Source: the human T2T-CHM13v2.0 reference genome, Homo sapiens. From it: a DNA stretch of 64,000 nt. Where the stretch lies: the NCBI RefSeq assembly GCF_009914755.1, contig NC_060935.1; one strand, written 5' to 3'. A program made the translations under genes and the position numbers. Shown piece after piece: positions 1 to 17,249 of the stretch; positions within the stretch are counted from its first letter, which is position 1, and each line of letters begins with the position of its first letter. The notes under the pieces were generated by a model. The model did no database searches and was not told the DNA's origin. It saw only the letters and a list, made by a program, of their open reading frames with translations.

Positions 1-494
1 GCCCTAGTCACAGTTTTGAAAAGAAACATCTAGATACAGGAAGACATACCTACAGATCATTTTAACAATCCAGATGAAAAATGAGGGAGCTGATATTGGG
101 CCAGTGGTGGTGGGGGTGGCCACTCCTTCCCTGTGGGGAGTGCACAAGGAGAATCTTGTACCTCCAAGCTCAGCAGAGTTTCCTGTTTCCTTCCTGTGTT
201 CTGTCTTGGGCAGCAGCTGGTGGTAGGCCTGGGGCACAGGGACAGTGCAAACCTAGGGAACAATGCCCGGCTGGAAAACAACATATTGCCTGGAAGATAA
301 ATGGACTAAGGTGTGACCTCTGAGTGTAAGGGTTGCAGAAGCATAGGTGCCCTTTGCAGATGTGGGATTCAAGCTCTCTGTCCTTCATGGGGTGTGTGGC
401 CATCCGCACTGGAGTAGGTCTCCACTGAGTGTCTTGAGTGCTTTCAGGATTCTGAGAATCACCCAAGAGGACCAAATACGTCCACTCCTCCTGA

Positions 495-843
<349 letters not shown>

Positions 844-2011
844 TTAACTATAGTCTTATCCAGAGCTCTTATCTGCTTGCTCAAGGGGCATGGTCTTGAA
901 TAATTTCTGGGGAAAAGGTTTCCTGTGGAATGACCCTCTTCACGTTAGAAACCTAGGAAATCAAATTATGTCCCCCCATTTCCAGTCCTGGAACAGGATA
1001 TCCAGAACCTCTTCAGTGGCCACCACTAAAAAGTGTCCTTCCCATCCTGGAAAGCTCTGAGTCACATAAATTGCTCTGTCAAATGCCTGGCCCAGAGCTC
1101 TTTGGAAGAGCTTTCCCCATTCCAAAGCCCTGAAACCGAGGGTTGACCCTGGCCGGGACTCTGTGTAAAGTGCAAGATCTCAGCAGCAGAGGAGGGAAAA
1201 GAGCGGAGGCCCAGGTCTCTCACTGGTGCCGCCAGGAAGTAAACACTCCATGGTGTAATTTGTGTGAAGAGAAAATTATCTCTAATTGGAGGGCTGGAAT
1301 AAAAATATCTCCCATCTGTAAACAAAGTAGTTGGAGCATCCTGGAGGCACAGAACTGGAGCACCAGAGTGCTGCAGGTACCCTGTGGGCCACCCCACCCA
1401 GATCGTCTCAGCCCCAACCCACAAGCAGCGGGCGCTCCGGGACCTCACCGGAAGCCAGTGAAGGCGGCATACCTGTCCCTGAGGCTCATCAGTGTCCTCA
1501 GCCCCGAGGCACAGTCCAGAAAACAGCTTCTCACCTTCTCCCCAGGCCAGGGCAAATATTCAACAAGTCAGGTGAAGAGGGTAAAAAAATGCTGGTCTGT
1601 TTTATGTCATCACAGGGATCCCTCCTGGAAGGTGACTGGGGACTGCTGTTTACTGGCTATCTCAGACATCTTTTCTCAGACACCTTTTCTTTGGTGTCTG
1701 CAGGGGCACCTGCTTCTCCACATCCTCAAAGAAAGAATTGAGGCAGACACCCTGACACAGGCAGAGTGGGTGATATTCTTCATGGGGCCTGAAGTGAGAA
1801 ATTCCCAGGAACATCAGCCCTAGGGAAGCGATTCTGTGTCAAGGGCTTTCCTTGTGTTATTGTCCACTGTTGGTTGTCCTGTTGTGTTTTAAGGTGCACC
1901 AGTAAAGAGCCCTTGGCTGATAGAGATACCACCAGGATACTTTAACTCCTGCCCTAGCATAAGGGTGTGACTCTCTTTAACTCCTGGCATGTATGATATT
2001 TCTACTTAAAG

Positions 2012-2046
<35 letters not shown>
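2012..2046. repeat. (CA)n microsatellite
   Basis: Direct observation of CA dinucleotide run. Confidence 0.95.
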
Positions 2047-2770
2047 AACACCTAGCCTTCTTTTGGTGAAATGCAAAAGGTTTATTAAATAGCTGCTTAT
2101 GAAAGCCTCTCTCTAGGAAGCCACTTGACCAAAATCTGCCATTGGTATATAAACTTTTTCAGCAAAGGAGAGAAATGTGCAAATAGATCGAACTGCGGAA
2201 GAACTTTTCTTCTTTTGCAGACCACAAGCGGCATATGTTATTGGAGAAGATGGAAGTTTTGTCTGCTACTGTTTCCTTAGAGGGAGGTGGGAGAAGGTTT
2301 TCCTATTTAAATAAAATTAAAGAAATACTTTGAAGGAAAAAGCAGGGGATAAGAGTTGAGATAAAATGTGGGATAACATAGTTGAAAATATTGTGAGGAA
2401 GATGGGACTTAAAGAGAGGAGAGATGGAGAAACAGAAACATACCCAGGTCTTTGAAAAGCCCTGAAGAAGAATGCTTTAAAGAAGGACTCTGAGGTCAGA
2501 GACTTCCATTAGTCAAAGGATCCCACTTCTCTCATGCGATGCGGGTTGACTTCAGATGATTGTTCAGGGCTAGAATAGCATAGTAAAGGAACAGAAGTCA
2601 TGGATCACATTCCTTTTTTTCTTTTTTTTGAGACATGAGGCATCGGTCAATACATGTAAGGTGTACATTGGTTCTGTCTAGAAAGGTGGGACAACTATAA
2701 GTGGGTGGGGTTGGGATTTCAGGTCATAGGCAGATTCAAAGATTATTCTGATAGAAAGGAAGGTCTGGTC

Positions 2771-3110
2771 TGGCTCTGGGGCAGTGGCTCGCTTCTGTAA
2801 TCCCAGCACATTGGGAAGTTGAGGCGGGCAAATTACTTGAGCCCAGAAGTTCAAGATCAGCTTGGGCAACATGGTGAGATCCCATCTCTACCAAAAAAAA
2901 AAGTAGAAAAATTAGCCAGCTATGGTGGCGCACACCTGTGGTCCCAGCTGCTCAGGAGGCTGAGGTGGGAGGATTGCTTGAGCCTGGAGGTTGAGGCTCA
3001 AGCATGAGCCACGATTGTGTGCCACTGCACTCCAGCCTGAGTGACAGGGTAAGACCCTGTCAAACAAACAAACAAACAAAAACAAAAAACAAAACAAAAA
3101 AAAAGCAAGC
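2771..3110 (+). mobile_element. Alu (AluJ-like)
   Basis: Alu body with A-rich tail; TSD agaaaggaa(g/c)gtctg. Confidence 0.9.
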
Positions 3111-3185
3111 AAGAAAGGAACGTCTGTGTTAGAATAACGGTTGTGGAGACCAAGTTTTTATCATGCAGATGAAGCCTCCAGGTAA

Positions 3186-3525
<340 letters not shown>

Positions 3526-3671
3526 CTATCAGTCTTAAGATCTGTTTTAATGTTGATGCTGGTCAGTTGGCCTGAATTCCAAAAGGGTGGAGGGTATAAT
3601 AAGGCATATCCAACTCCCCGATCATGGCTTAAACTAGTTTTTCAGGTTAACTTTGCAGTGCCTTTGGCTGA

Positions 3672-4001
<330 letters not shown>

Positions 4002-5868
4002 AGGGCTTAGCATTTTATTGTTGGTTTACATTCAGTTCCCCGAGCTCTTTTAAGAAGTGCATGTCTCCTTAGTAAGCCACACCTTAGAAATAAGCATATT
4101 CAGATGAGTAATGCTGTGATGGAGGCAGAGCCTCCTCAGCCCTGCTCACGGAATGCTTCCAGGACTTTGCTGCTGGCCTTATTGAGCTCTGATTCCCTTC
4201 TGCACAGGGTCAGAGCTCTCCAGGGAACAATGAAACCCTAAGGAAGAGCAGACCACTTCACAGCCACGTGTGTCCTACCCCACTCTGCTGCATCCCTAGT
4301 TAGACTTCCATTCCAGGAACTGTCTCAGCTGTTGGTAATGACATGCCGACTCCATCTGCAGAGGAAAATCAATGTCTTACAATGAAGCACCTGCCATCCA
4401 CTCTCCTAGGAACCTCTGCCCCTTATAGAATATTCATGCAGCCCTTTTTTGTAATCTCGGTCTGAGTTTCAAAAGATTCCCTAGCAGAGAAGACCATTTA
4501 ACAGATAGACCATTTTACAACGCAAACACTGAAAATTCCGCAGGAGAAAAGAGGCACTGGTTTTTGAAAACCGTGCTCTGTCCACAGTCAGACACCATCT
4601 CACATTTCCAAGTAACCCAAACAGTTCCTTCAGTTAGGTAAATATGCCTGGCCATGTGACCAGGAGCTAAAGGGAATAATAGGGAAAACAGAGGGCAGAA
4701 AAAAATGTCAGTGGGCATAAGACGAATTTTCTTCTTTTTAATTTCTCGATTTTGTGCTTGATAAAGGGAAAGAGGCCACCATTATAAAACAACTTTTACA
4801 CACTTTTACTTGTGATTTAGTGCATGGTGACCTGGAACATAAAGAAGATTTATGAAAGGAAAGACAGAATCATAGTAGGTAATTGAGTTATTTTTTAATT
4901 TTTATTCTGTCTTTATAAGATTTTTGAGAAGGTAATCAATTAACATAAAGATCTGAGCAGTTATAAAGATTTACAAAGAAGATTATACAGTGATGGAAAC
5001 TGAAGCATATTCTTGGCAACAATCTCAATCTATTTCACGTTTCCCGGCTTTTACATATATAAATTTGGTATACATAATATGTAAATATACTTCTATTTTG
5101 CATGAAAACTAAAAATACTAAAAAAGTAGCATGAGTATATGAAAAAGTTAAACATTAAAAATATTAGTTGGAAACTGGCTTATTTTACTAACAATTATAT
5201 TCAGAATTCTGTTGCTAGACTGCTGTTTCTGGGAACATTGGAGGTGTACTTTCTATACTTGCTAAAATACAAGCTTTTCAAGTATTTTCCATAGTATTAA
5301 GTGAGACTTTAAATACTCTTGCTTTTTTAGATCTAATTTCTGCTTTAATTTATCCTTCTCTTCATTTTTCCTGTTTGTCCTCATCTTACCTGTTCTTCCC
5401 TGGTTTTACTATCTCCCAGTATTCAGAAATCAGAGCAAATAATTAGTCTGCTTTTCTGCAGAATAAACTATTGGGTATGCCATCATGCTTTTGATCTACC
5501 ACATAAACAAATTATTTTAGCAAGACATCACTTTTATATGCTGTATAATGTATGTATTGCTTATGTTTTAAGCAGATTTCAGCTCTTTTCCTTCCATCAA
5601 TTTGGAATTGGGGGCCCAAAAGATGTGAAGGCGATAATGCTTCCAAGATAACTGGGCTGCATCCTTATTTGTAAAATAAGAAATACTTTATTTCCCAAAT
5701 TTTAAAGGAGTGTTCCTTCTCCGACCTGTTGTGATGGATTTATTCTATAGCTATGGAAATATACCCTGCTTCACTCTTGTACATACTTCTTTACTCTCCT
5801 CCCGCCAAGTTCATTGAAAGAGAACCCATGTGCCGGTCCAGAGCATCGCTGCATCCGTAAGCAGCTAG

Positions 5869-6366
<498 letters not shown>

Positions 6367-6392
6367 TGAGTCGGTCCCGGACAGCCGTCGGA

Positions 6393-6528
6393 CCCCGGGG
6401 GCGGGCTCTTCTCGGGCGGGGTCCTGTGCTGGGCGGTGGGCTCATCCCCCGGGTGGGCTCCTCCCAGGCGGGGTCCTGTGCTGGGCGGTGGGCTCGTCCC
6501 CGGGGTGGACCCCTCCCGGGCGGTGGGC
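6393..6528. repeat. GC-rich 52-bp tandem repeat (~2.5 copies)
   Basis: ggcggggtcctgtgctgggcggtgggctc recurs at 6415 and 6467. Confidence 0.8.
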
Positions 6529-9204
6529 ACGGCCCTCTGGAGGGAGCGCGGCAGCTGCGGCGTGGGCGCTGGAACTTGCTGGAAGACCCTGCGCAGCAGT
6601 GCTGTGCTCTCCAGAAGGGACGGTGAGCGGGGGACGTAGCTGAGGACCGGCGAGGCAGAGCTCCGAGGCCTGGCGGGCTGCTTGGTCACAGCCCTCTGGG
6701 GATCTGCAGTTCATTTGACTCGACACAAAGGAACTGCTTTTCTTTTACAGAAATAAAATGGATATCAATCCAGTACCTTTTTTGTCTCTGGCCTGGCCGA
6801 GGAGACCACGCAGACTCTTATCCGGAAATAACATTCGGGGCATTTGATCAAGACACACTAATAAACTTGATAGTTTTGTGCATTTTCTTTCCCTCTGTTT
6901 GGAATTCTCATTAGATCCACATTTTCCTGGACAGTTGTACAGAGGACTAAAATAGCTTTCCTTTAGTGAGCTTGTACTGTCTACTAGGCACTTTGGAGCC
7001 ATTATCTCGTTTACTCCTTTCAGCAGCTCTGTGAGATAGGTTTCATTAATCCATTTTCAGAGTCAAGTCTAGTCTGCTTTCCAAGGCTGCATTCTAAGTA
7101 GTGAAGCCTCAACTTCATATTTACCTAAAGCAGGACACCACACTCTTCCCCTGGCAGCCATCCGCACGTAACCAGACCAGGACCTTTTTCGGTTCTTAGA
7201 TTATTTTATTGTTTGAATTGCCACTGTCATCCCATGATGTTTTCCAGAATATACAAATTAAAACACGGAGGGACTGTTTAGGAGTGAAGGTGGACAGATT
7301 TTGGAAAACAAAGCATTCCTGTGTTTGGTGCTTTATGCTAATGGGATGCTCGTGATGGGCTGTGACAAAAGATGAGTTTTAGCGTATAGATTATGTACGC
7401 TAAGGCAAAGTCTGTATACTTTGCCTGAAAGTGATTCCCAAAACCAAATGCTGTTGGGAGATAAGTGATCAAAGGCTAGCCAGGGGACAAGGGTGTCAGG
7501 AATGTCCAGCACCCGCTGTGTTGGTCACACTGACACTGTCCTATTCACAGCCTGGAACAACTCTCTATTGTTGAAAAGATCTGTTCACGTGAAAGTTTGC
7601 AGTTTTTGTTGCAGAAGCATTTGGCAGTTTAGCTCAGGAATGAATTTCAACTTGGTAGTTTGTTAATAAAACTAGAAAATGCAAAGAGCTTCACTTACCC
7701 TTAACCTCTGATTTCCTTCCCCTAAGGGACTAGTTTTGTGGCTTTTTTGCTGGTAGGGGCTGGGATTCACATGCAGAGCGTAGGAGGAAGAATCAAATTT
7801 TGCAAACTAGTTCTAATGACAAATAATCGAGGTAGTAGGATGTATGAATCCACTTTGAAGGCGTGTAGCTATCTTTTTTTTAGTAGGGGCTCTTTTTCCA
7901 TTATTTGGTTTATGCTTTAAGCTACCCTAAAACTGTTCTTCCAGAAGTCATGACTACTGTGTCCTTTTTATTTTTTATGATTATTCTCAATTGCTATTAC
8001 TATTTATTTTCATCTTAAAAATTTTGGTTCTTGATATAATAGCAAACATTTCTTTTGTGGTTACCCTTTGCCAGGCTCTGTTACAAGAATTTAATGTGTG
8101 CTAATTTATTTAATCTTGATAACTCTAAGAAGTCGTTACTATTGTTGTGCCCTTTTGTGGATGAGGGAACAGAAGTATGGAGAGATTCAGACCCTTGTCG
8201 GGAGTGTTATCCTGTGCGTTTTAAATGGGAAATCCTTCATTATTTGTGTTAATCCAATTTTTAGTTATTTGTATTATTCCATTTGACGGTGGAGTTCTTT
8301 TAATGGATCAGTTTAAACAGATTATCAAGTTTTCAACACTATGTGGTTTGTATATAAAATATTCTTTTGTTGACTCATGACAGGTGCAGTTCAGCTTTAC
8401 AAATATTATGCCACATGGCTTTTTTGAATGATTGTGTACTCATTAGTGTTAGGTTTCCAAATCTTTGATATTCTAGAGAGAAGTGCCTTATTTAGAATTA
8501 AAACAGCAACAGTTTTCATTCTTCAGATAAGACAACTTGTGTGCTGAAGCATATCAAAATCTGAAAATCAAAATTTCTGGGAAATTTTTGAAAAAATGTT
8601 TAATTCTTTTATTTGCATCTGTTTGGACTGCAGTAACGTTTTTTAGAATGGCATATTCTTTTATGTTCTAATTCTTAATTATCTGGCAGATATAATCATT
8701 GTCAGACTTGTGTGTATGTTTTAAAAAAAACAAAGAACACCTGTCTTGAAAGCATGCAGTACTTTATATCAGCTGCTCATTCCCACATGACTTGTTGATG
8801 GGCATTTGTTCTTCAGTGCTTCAGGCTAAGGAGACTGAATGGATAAGTACTAGAGATACTTAATCATAAGTAATTGCAGTATTACATTCAGGCAGAATTA
8901 TCCACACAACCCCTAAGCTCCATGGAACTTGTTCTTAAACTCCATGGGGTGGGTTTAAATCAGTTCTTTTGAAAGCAACCAGACTTTCCTCAAGTATAAG
9001 ATGGCCACATAATGTAACAGACGCAGCTATGGATTTAGTACATTCGACTAGCAGCTGTTAGAGATGTGGTATTAGCAAATTCCTTCTCCATAAATTCTTT
9101 GAATTTTTTAAAAGCACAAATGTAGTAAAAGAAAGGAAAATATGTGTGAATGAAGTTAGGATGTATGGAGTCTGCTGAAGAATACCCTAGTGGTGAAGTT
9201 GGAT

Positions 9205-9489
9205 TTTTTTTTTTTTTTTTTGAGACTGAGTTTCTGATGCAGTGGCATGAGCTCAGCTCACTGCAAAACTCCGCCTCCCAGGTTAAAGCCATTCTCCTGC
9301 CTCAGCCTCCCGAGTAGCTGAGATTACAGATGCGTGCCACCTTGCCTGACTAATTTTTTTATTGTTTTTAGTAGACATGGGGTTTCACCATGTTGGCCAG
9401 GCTGGTCTTGAACTCCTGACCTCAAGTGACCTGCCCGCCTTGGCCTACCAAAGTGCTGAGATTACAGGCGTGAGCCACCACGCCCAGCT
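9205..9489 (-). mobile_element. Alu (AluS-like, small internal deletion)
   Basis: Antisense Alu with poly-T; short TSD tggatt. Confidence 0.9.
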
Positions 9490-9518
9490 GGATTCTCTTT
9501 TAAGATATGTTTATAGTT

Positions 9519-9809
<291 letters not shown>

Positions 9810-12454
9810 TTATAGTCAGGTGGTGTGAATGTTATGCTGTCAAAGTTGAATGCAAATTTCAGATCTTTGCATGTACTCTCAGAATTCTAGCAGTATATGC
9901 AAATAGCTTCACTGGAGTGTAAAGCGATCCCGAAAGAAAGTTTTGGTAAGCACATTCTTTTACACCTAGTTTAGCAAGGACAGTATCCACTGTGGTACTC
10001 TATATGGAGAGCTAAAGCCTTAATTGACTGTCTCTCTGCTTCTTGGCATGGCACACAGAAAGCTTCCTGAGAGTTAGCCCTTGTTTCTGATGTCCCAGGA
10101 ATGCTGTAGTGTTTTGTGTTGGTGTGTTTCTTTTGGTTTTAAGTAGTATTTGTTATGTGTTATATATTACATTTCCCATGAGTAGTTAATACATACAGCA
10201 GAGGTTTCAGTGCTGCTTGTATAAAGACATAAAACTATTTAATAGAGTTAGGACTATATGAACATTTTTTCTTACATTATCTTTCATTTGCAGTTTCCCA
10301 AGGTTTCTATGGTTCAGCCTTCTTCCTGAAAATTATTGCCAAAATCAAATTCTGCCATAGTCATGCTATCTGCTATGTTTGACAACCTCAGCCCACAGTG
10401 ATCCTTCCTATCTCTAAATAAGCTTAGATCATAGTCTCTAGTTCAGTTTAGTACAACAGCCATTTATTGAGTATCTATGACGTGTCAGGCACTGTTCTGT
10501 GTGCTAGGGTTGCAAAATGGGTAAAACATCGCCAGTCCTTAAAGAGCCAGGGTAATTGACTCCGATTTACATTGGGCTTTAGTTGTTAGGTGTCAGTGCA
10601 TTGTATTTTCTCAATGATAATAAACATTTTGTTGGTAACAGAGGCTGAATTTAATTTTTTTGTATCTTTCCAGAGGTGATTCTAGTAAATTTTCAGTTTA
10701 TCTCACTTTGTCACTTGAAAGTGAGTTAACATTTCTTAAACACTCTCTTTGTGTCGAGGCATTTTTAAAAAAATGTCTTATTTCTAGTGGCCCTAGGAAC
10801 TTCTGGAAAAGTGTCAGTTTGTACTACAGTAGTTATTCTGGAAGAAAGAGAATGGTAATAATTTATTGACTTGGTTTAATTTCAGAATCTTTCTGCCATC
10901 TGCTTTTGTGCAGTTACAAGGTTAAGAAGGAGAAAAAGATGGAGAAATGCTTATGATATCATTTAAGTGACACAAGCTGCAGGTATACTAGTATATACTG
11001 TATGATTACGATTACACAAAACATCTATGCTTAGGGGAAAAAACAGGATGAGAATGAACCAGACTGTTGATAGGGGCTGTTTATGAGTGGAAGTGTTACA
11101 GCAAATTGTTTTCTGCTTTTCTTTGTTTTTGTTTTCCTGGTTGATTCTTGTATTCCTTTGTCTGTTTTCCAAATGTTCTTTGATGAGGATATTTTTTGTG
11201 TAATGAAAAAAGTTGCATCTTGGTTTGGCTTCCAGTAGATACAATAGTGGAATTTTAAATTTGGCACTAGTAATGGGAAAATATAATTTGTTTGTTTAAT
11301 GTGATAGCATGTGGATTGTGCCTTTTTCTAGCTTCTTAATATCAGCCACATTGGATGAAGGAGTGGCTGACTGGAAGTTCAGTTGCTTGATAATGTATTG
11401 TTTGTGACTCATTTGAGAGATTAGTTGCCACTGACTTTTGGGTGGGGGAGTCAGCTGTGGTGTCCTCAGCAAATGGTTAGCTGGAAAACTGAGAGCTGCC
11501 GAGATTACCGGCCTCCCCCCTTCTTTTTGAACACACTGACAAAACGATCTGAGTAATGGCCTTTGTTCACCTGTTCAAAGCGAGCCAAAATTTATTGAGC
11601 ACCTACTCTGTGGCAGCCCCTGGAAGATCTCTGTTTTCTTCCTCTTGAGTGATAAAAATACAGGGTGAAATTGACTTCTGTTGAAACTAGACTCTGAAAG
11701 ATGTTTCCCGAAGCACTCTGTCAGCTGATGTGCCCCATCACTTCTTCCTGCCCAACATGGACTTCCCTGTTGGATGTCTTTCTCTAAGGAAAATATTTAA
11801 TGTCTTTAGAATGAAGTGCAGCTGCCTGGAAGCTTAGAGACAATGCAACAAATCCAAAGACAGCTGCTTTTTTTTTTTTTTTGGCAGGGGTGGGGCATGT
11901 TTTTCCTTTAAAGCATCTCTGTCAGGGTACTGAAACTTAATCAGCCAATCCATATTTATTTGGTAGTCTCCATTTTCATGGCAGTAAAGCATTCCATGGG
12001 CAAAGCAGGAGAACTTAAGATAATGTCTTCCCTTTACCAGAGGGAACATATAGTTTAGTCAAATAACAGAGCAGCATTTGGGTAAATATTCTGTGGGTTT
12101 AGAAGTGAGAGCACTTACTCTCTCTGGGCTGACCTGGTAGAGGAGAATTTCAAAAAGGAGCTGGACTTGTACAGATAATTGACTGACTTAAGTATAGATT
12201 TGGGAGGGACAGCGGTGTGGATGGGAAAGTGGAGGAAATAATGTGGGCAAAGGCATGGACTTGGGAATGCAAATGTTTTGTTTTGGGATGAGTGAGTTAT
12301 AATGATTAATAACACCTGCCAATTACTGAAAACTATGTGATAAGCATTGTGCTTATTGCTCTATCTGGGGTCTTAGTGAGCTTGGGCTTCTATGGACAGA
12401 ATATCACAAACAGGGTGGCATAAATAAGACATTTGTTTCACGGGCTCTGGAGCC

Positions 12455-12600
12455 TCACCTGGGTAATTTTTTGAACATTTTTTTGTAGAAACAAGGTCTT
12501 ACTATGTTCCCCAGTCTGATCTTGAACTCCTGAGTTTAAGGGATCCTACTGCCTTAGCCTCCCAAAGTGCTGAGATTATGGGCATACACCACCATGCCCT
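12455..12600 (-). mobile_element. Alu left-arm/FLAM fragment
   Basis: Diverged Alu monomer motifs. Confidence 0.7.
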
Positions 12601-12952
12601 CCCTGAATTTCTTTTCAGTTATTCTACTTGTTATATGTTGTGGTTTGTATACCTGTGAGTTTCTTTCTTTCTTGAGAATTCTCAGTTCTTATCCATTCAA
12701 ATATCACCTAGTTTGTACCTGCTTAACTTTTTCTTTCTGTGACTGCAATTAAACATGTTTAGTCATTCTGTCCTTCAATACTGTTAACCTCCTTTGTCAT
12801 TTTTTCATGTTCTTGTCTCTCTGTGCTATTCTGGGTTCTTTATTCATTTTTGTTTTACAGCTAACTTTTTCTGCTTCCAGCTGTATCTAACTTATTATTG
12901 ATAACCAATCAATACACAGAGTTTTTTCACCAATTATATTATTCATTTCTAA

Positions 12953-13334
<382 letters not shown>

Positions 13335-13685
13335 TTACTCCTTTTCAAATTTTTAAAACATTGTGTGCACAGCTGTTTTGTATTCCATATGTGATATTTC
13401 AAATATCTGAAGTTCTTAGAGATCTAAATCTGTTGTTATTTCTTATGACTTGTACATATGGTGGTTTCTTTGCTTGTATTATAAATGGATATTTGATTGA
13501 TATTAATCTGTGAAAATCTAGGCCTAACCTAAGGATACTTTCTCTTTTTTCTATTGGTGTGCACCACCACACTGGGGGAAGTATTTTTTATTTTATTTAA
13601 TTTTTTTAGAGACGAGGTCTCACTATATTGCCCACACTGAACTCCTGGTCTCAGGTGGTCCTTCGACCTCAGCCTCCCAAATAGC

Positions 13686-14235
<550 letters not shown>

Positions 14236-14244
14236 AAGGATGCC

Positions 14245-14821
<577 letters not shown>

Positions 14822-14986
14822 AAGGATGCTTTTTCTTGAGAGTGCAGCCTTCCACTGAGTGACAGTGCCTGTCTCTGGGGTGACTAGCTGTTTCAGGATC
14901 CCTGGCATTACTTAAAAATCTCAGGCTCTGCTTTCCTCTTGCCTACCTTTCTGCTGGTCCAAGGGCTCAGTGTCCCCACTGGAGTG

Positions 14987-15289
14987 TTTTTTTATTTGTT
15001 TGTTTTTAAGCTGGAGTCTCGCTCTGTTGCCCAGGCTGGAGGGCAGTGGCATGATCTCGGCCCACTGCAACCACCACCTTCCAAGTTCAAGCGATTCTCC
15101 CGCCTCACCCTCCTGAGTAGCTGGGATTACAGGCATGTGCCACCACACCCGGCTAATTTTTGTATTTTTAGTAGAGACGGGGTATCGCCATGTTGGCCAG
15201 GCTAGTCTCAAACTCCTGACCTCAGGTGATCCACCTGCCTTGATCTCCCAAAATGCTGGGATTACAGGTGTGAGCCACCGCACCTGGCC
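14987..15289 (-). mobile_element. Alu (AluSx-like)
   Basis: Antisense Alu; TSD cactg(g/a)agtgtt. Confidence 0.9.
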
Positions 15290-15520
15290 CACTGAAGTGT
15301 TAAAATGACCCTTTGCTCTCAGTTTAACACTCCTACCCATCTTTCTGCTCTCTGGTTTTAGCCTACAGCTATATTGGTTTGTCCTTTTAAAGATTTCCCC
15401 GACTTCCTTGTGAGACATGGAATAAAAACTATGACTTATGTGAGATCTCGTTGTTGGAGCAGAAGGGCCCTCCAGGGCATCTAATCAGCTACACTTGTGA
15501 AAACAGGAATTGGAGCTTTA

Positions 15521-15949
<429 letters not shown>

Positions 15950-17249
15950 TCATTGCATACACCCCCAGGAAGTTCTGATATTCTTGAGGGTTGGGGTTGT
16001 ATGCCTCTCCCTAAGAATCACTGCTTTAAGGATGGCGCTCTGTTATTTAAAAAATATACCAAACCCTACAACTATAATCTCTGTCCTTGAATTAGTTTGT
16101 CTGAAAAGCAAACATCTATCATTAACTTAAACTTTGGAGAATTATAGCTATTCCACACTAGACAGCCACCTGAAACAGCACCTACTTAGTCTACTAGTAA
16201 CAGCTATAGATGAAGACATTCAGGGACAAAATACAAAGGTAACTTTACCGAGCTTTCCAGCTGAAATCTGGATTCCGTTCTCCACAGGATGAAGTGCTGG
16301 TTTACTGAAAGGTGCCGTCTGATGTAATGTGTGGACAAAAACCACCCACTGCATCTCTGGAAGGCTCCGTTGTTTGCAGCCTTTCAGATAGTTTTCTGGG
16401 TGAAAAAAAAAAGCACTGTATCGTGGGTGTTAGGCATTTTGGATTCATTTCCTAGCTTTGCATGTGATTCATTTTTTAGACCTTGGGGAAATAATATTGG
16501 TTGTAATCCAAATCACTTGAAAGTAATTTAAACCCCATCTCTCTCACACTACCACCAAAACATCCACATTTCTTTCCCTTTCTTATTATATAACCCACCT
16601 TAGATATATGAGTTTTAGATCCAAAGGAGTGACTTTGTAGGCATATAATTTGTAACTGATTAATTGAATTAGTTCATATTTGTTAATTATAATTGCATTT
16701 GAAGGTTTTGAAAATGTAGTCAACAGAAATATCTTCCTCTTCTGAAAATTTAGGTGTGTTTTGTAGCCAGGTAAACTTGGTTTGAAGCCTTCCTCTATCG
16801 AGAGAGGTTGGAAAAATTTATTCAGAACCCTCGTTTTTGTTTGTTTGTTTGTTTTGTTTTGTTCTTTTTTTTGTTTTTTAAATCTACAGCTTTACTTACT
16901 AGATCTAGTGTTTTAAGAATTCCTGTGTTTGTTTACCATGAAGAAAAAATGAATAACCAATTGGTTGGGTTGTTATTTTTAATTCAATCTGATTTCTAAG
17001 CATCAGATATGAAGTTTTCACTCTGACCATACTTGGTCTAGCTGATAAGTCCACTGGTGATAAAGAATGAGCTTAGAACCTTTGCTGTGAATCACTAAAG
17101 CAGTAGCTGAGTAAAGAAAAATTCTCAATCTTTTATTTGCCAGACACTGTTTTAGACCTTGGGGTAACGTCAGTGAAATAGCTTAGGTTTTGACTACTTC
17201 ATAGGAAAAGATGAAATCTATGGACTCCTCCAAAAAGTGCTTTTATGCA

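Noticed and set aside
1143-1823. 226-aa ORF upstream of JAM3
   Set aside because: Starts at TTG, no recognisable domain, and overlapping ORFs on both strands suggest chance.
11068-11080. tgataggggctgt resembling the start of JAM3 exon 2 (LIGA)
   Set aside because: Only 13 nt match, no acceptor site and no continuation of the frame.
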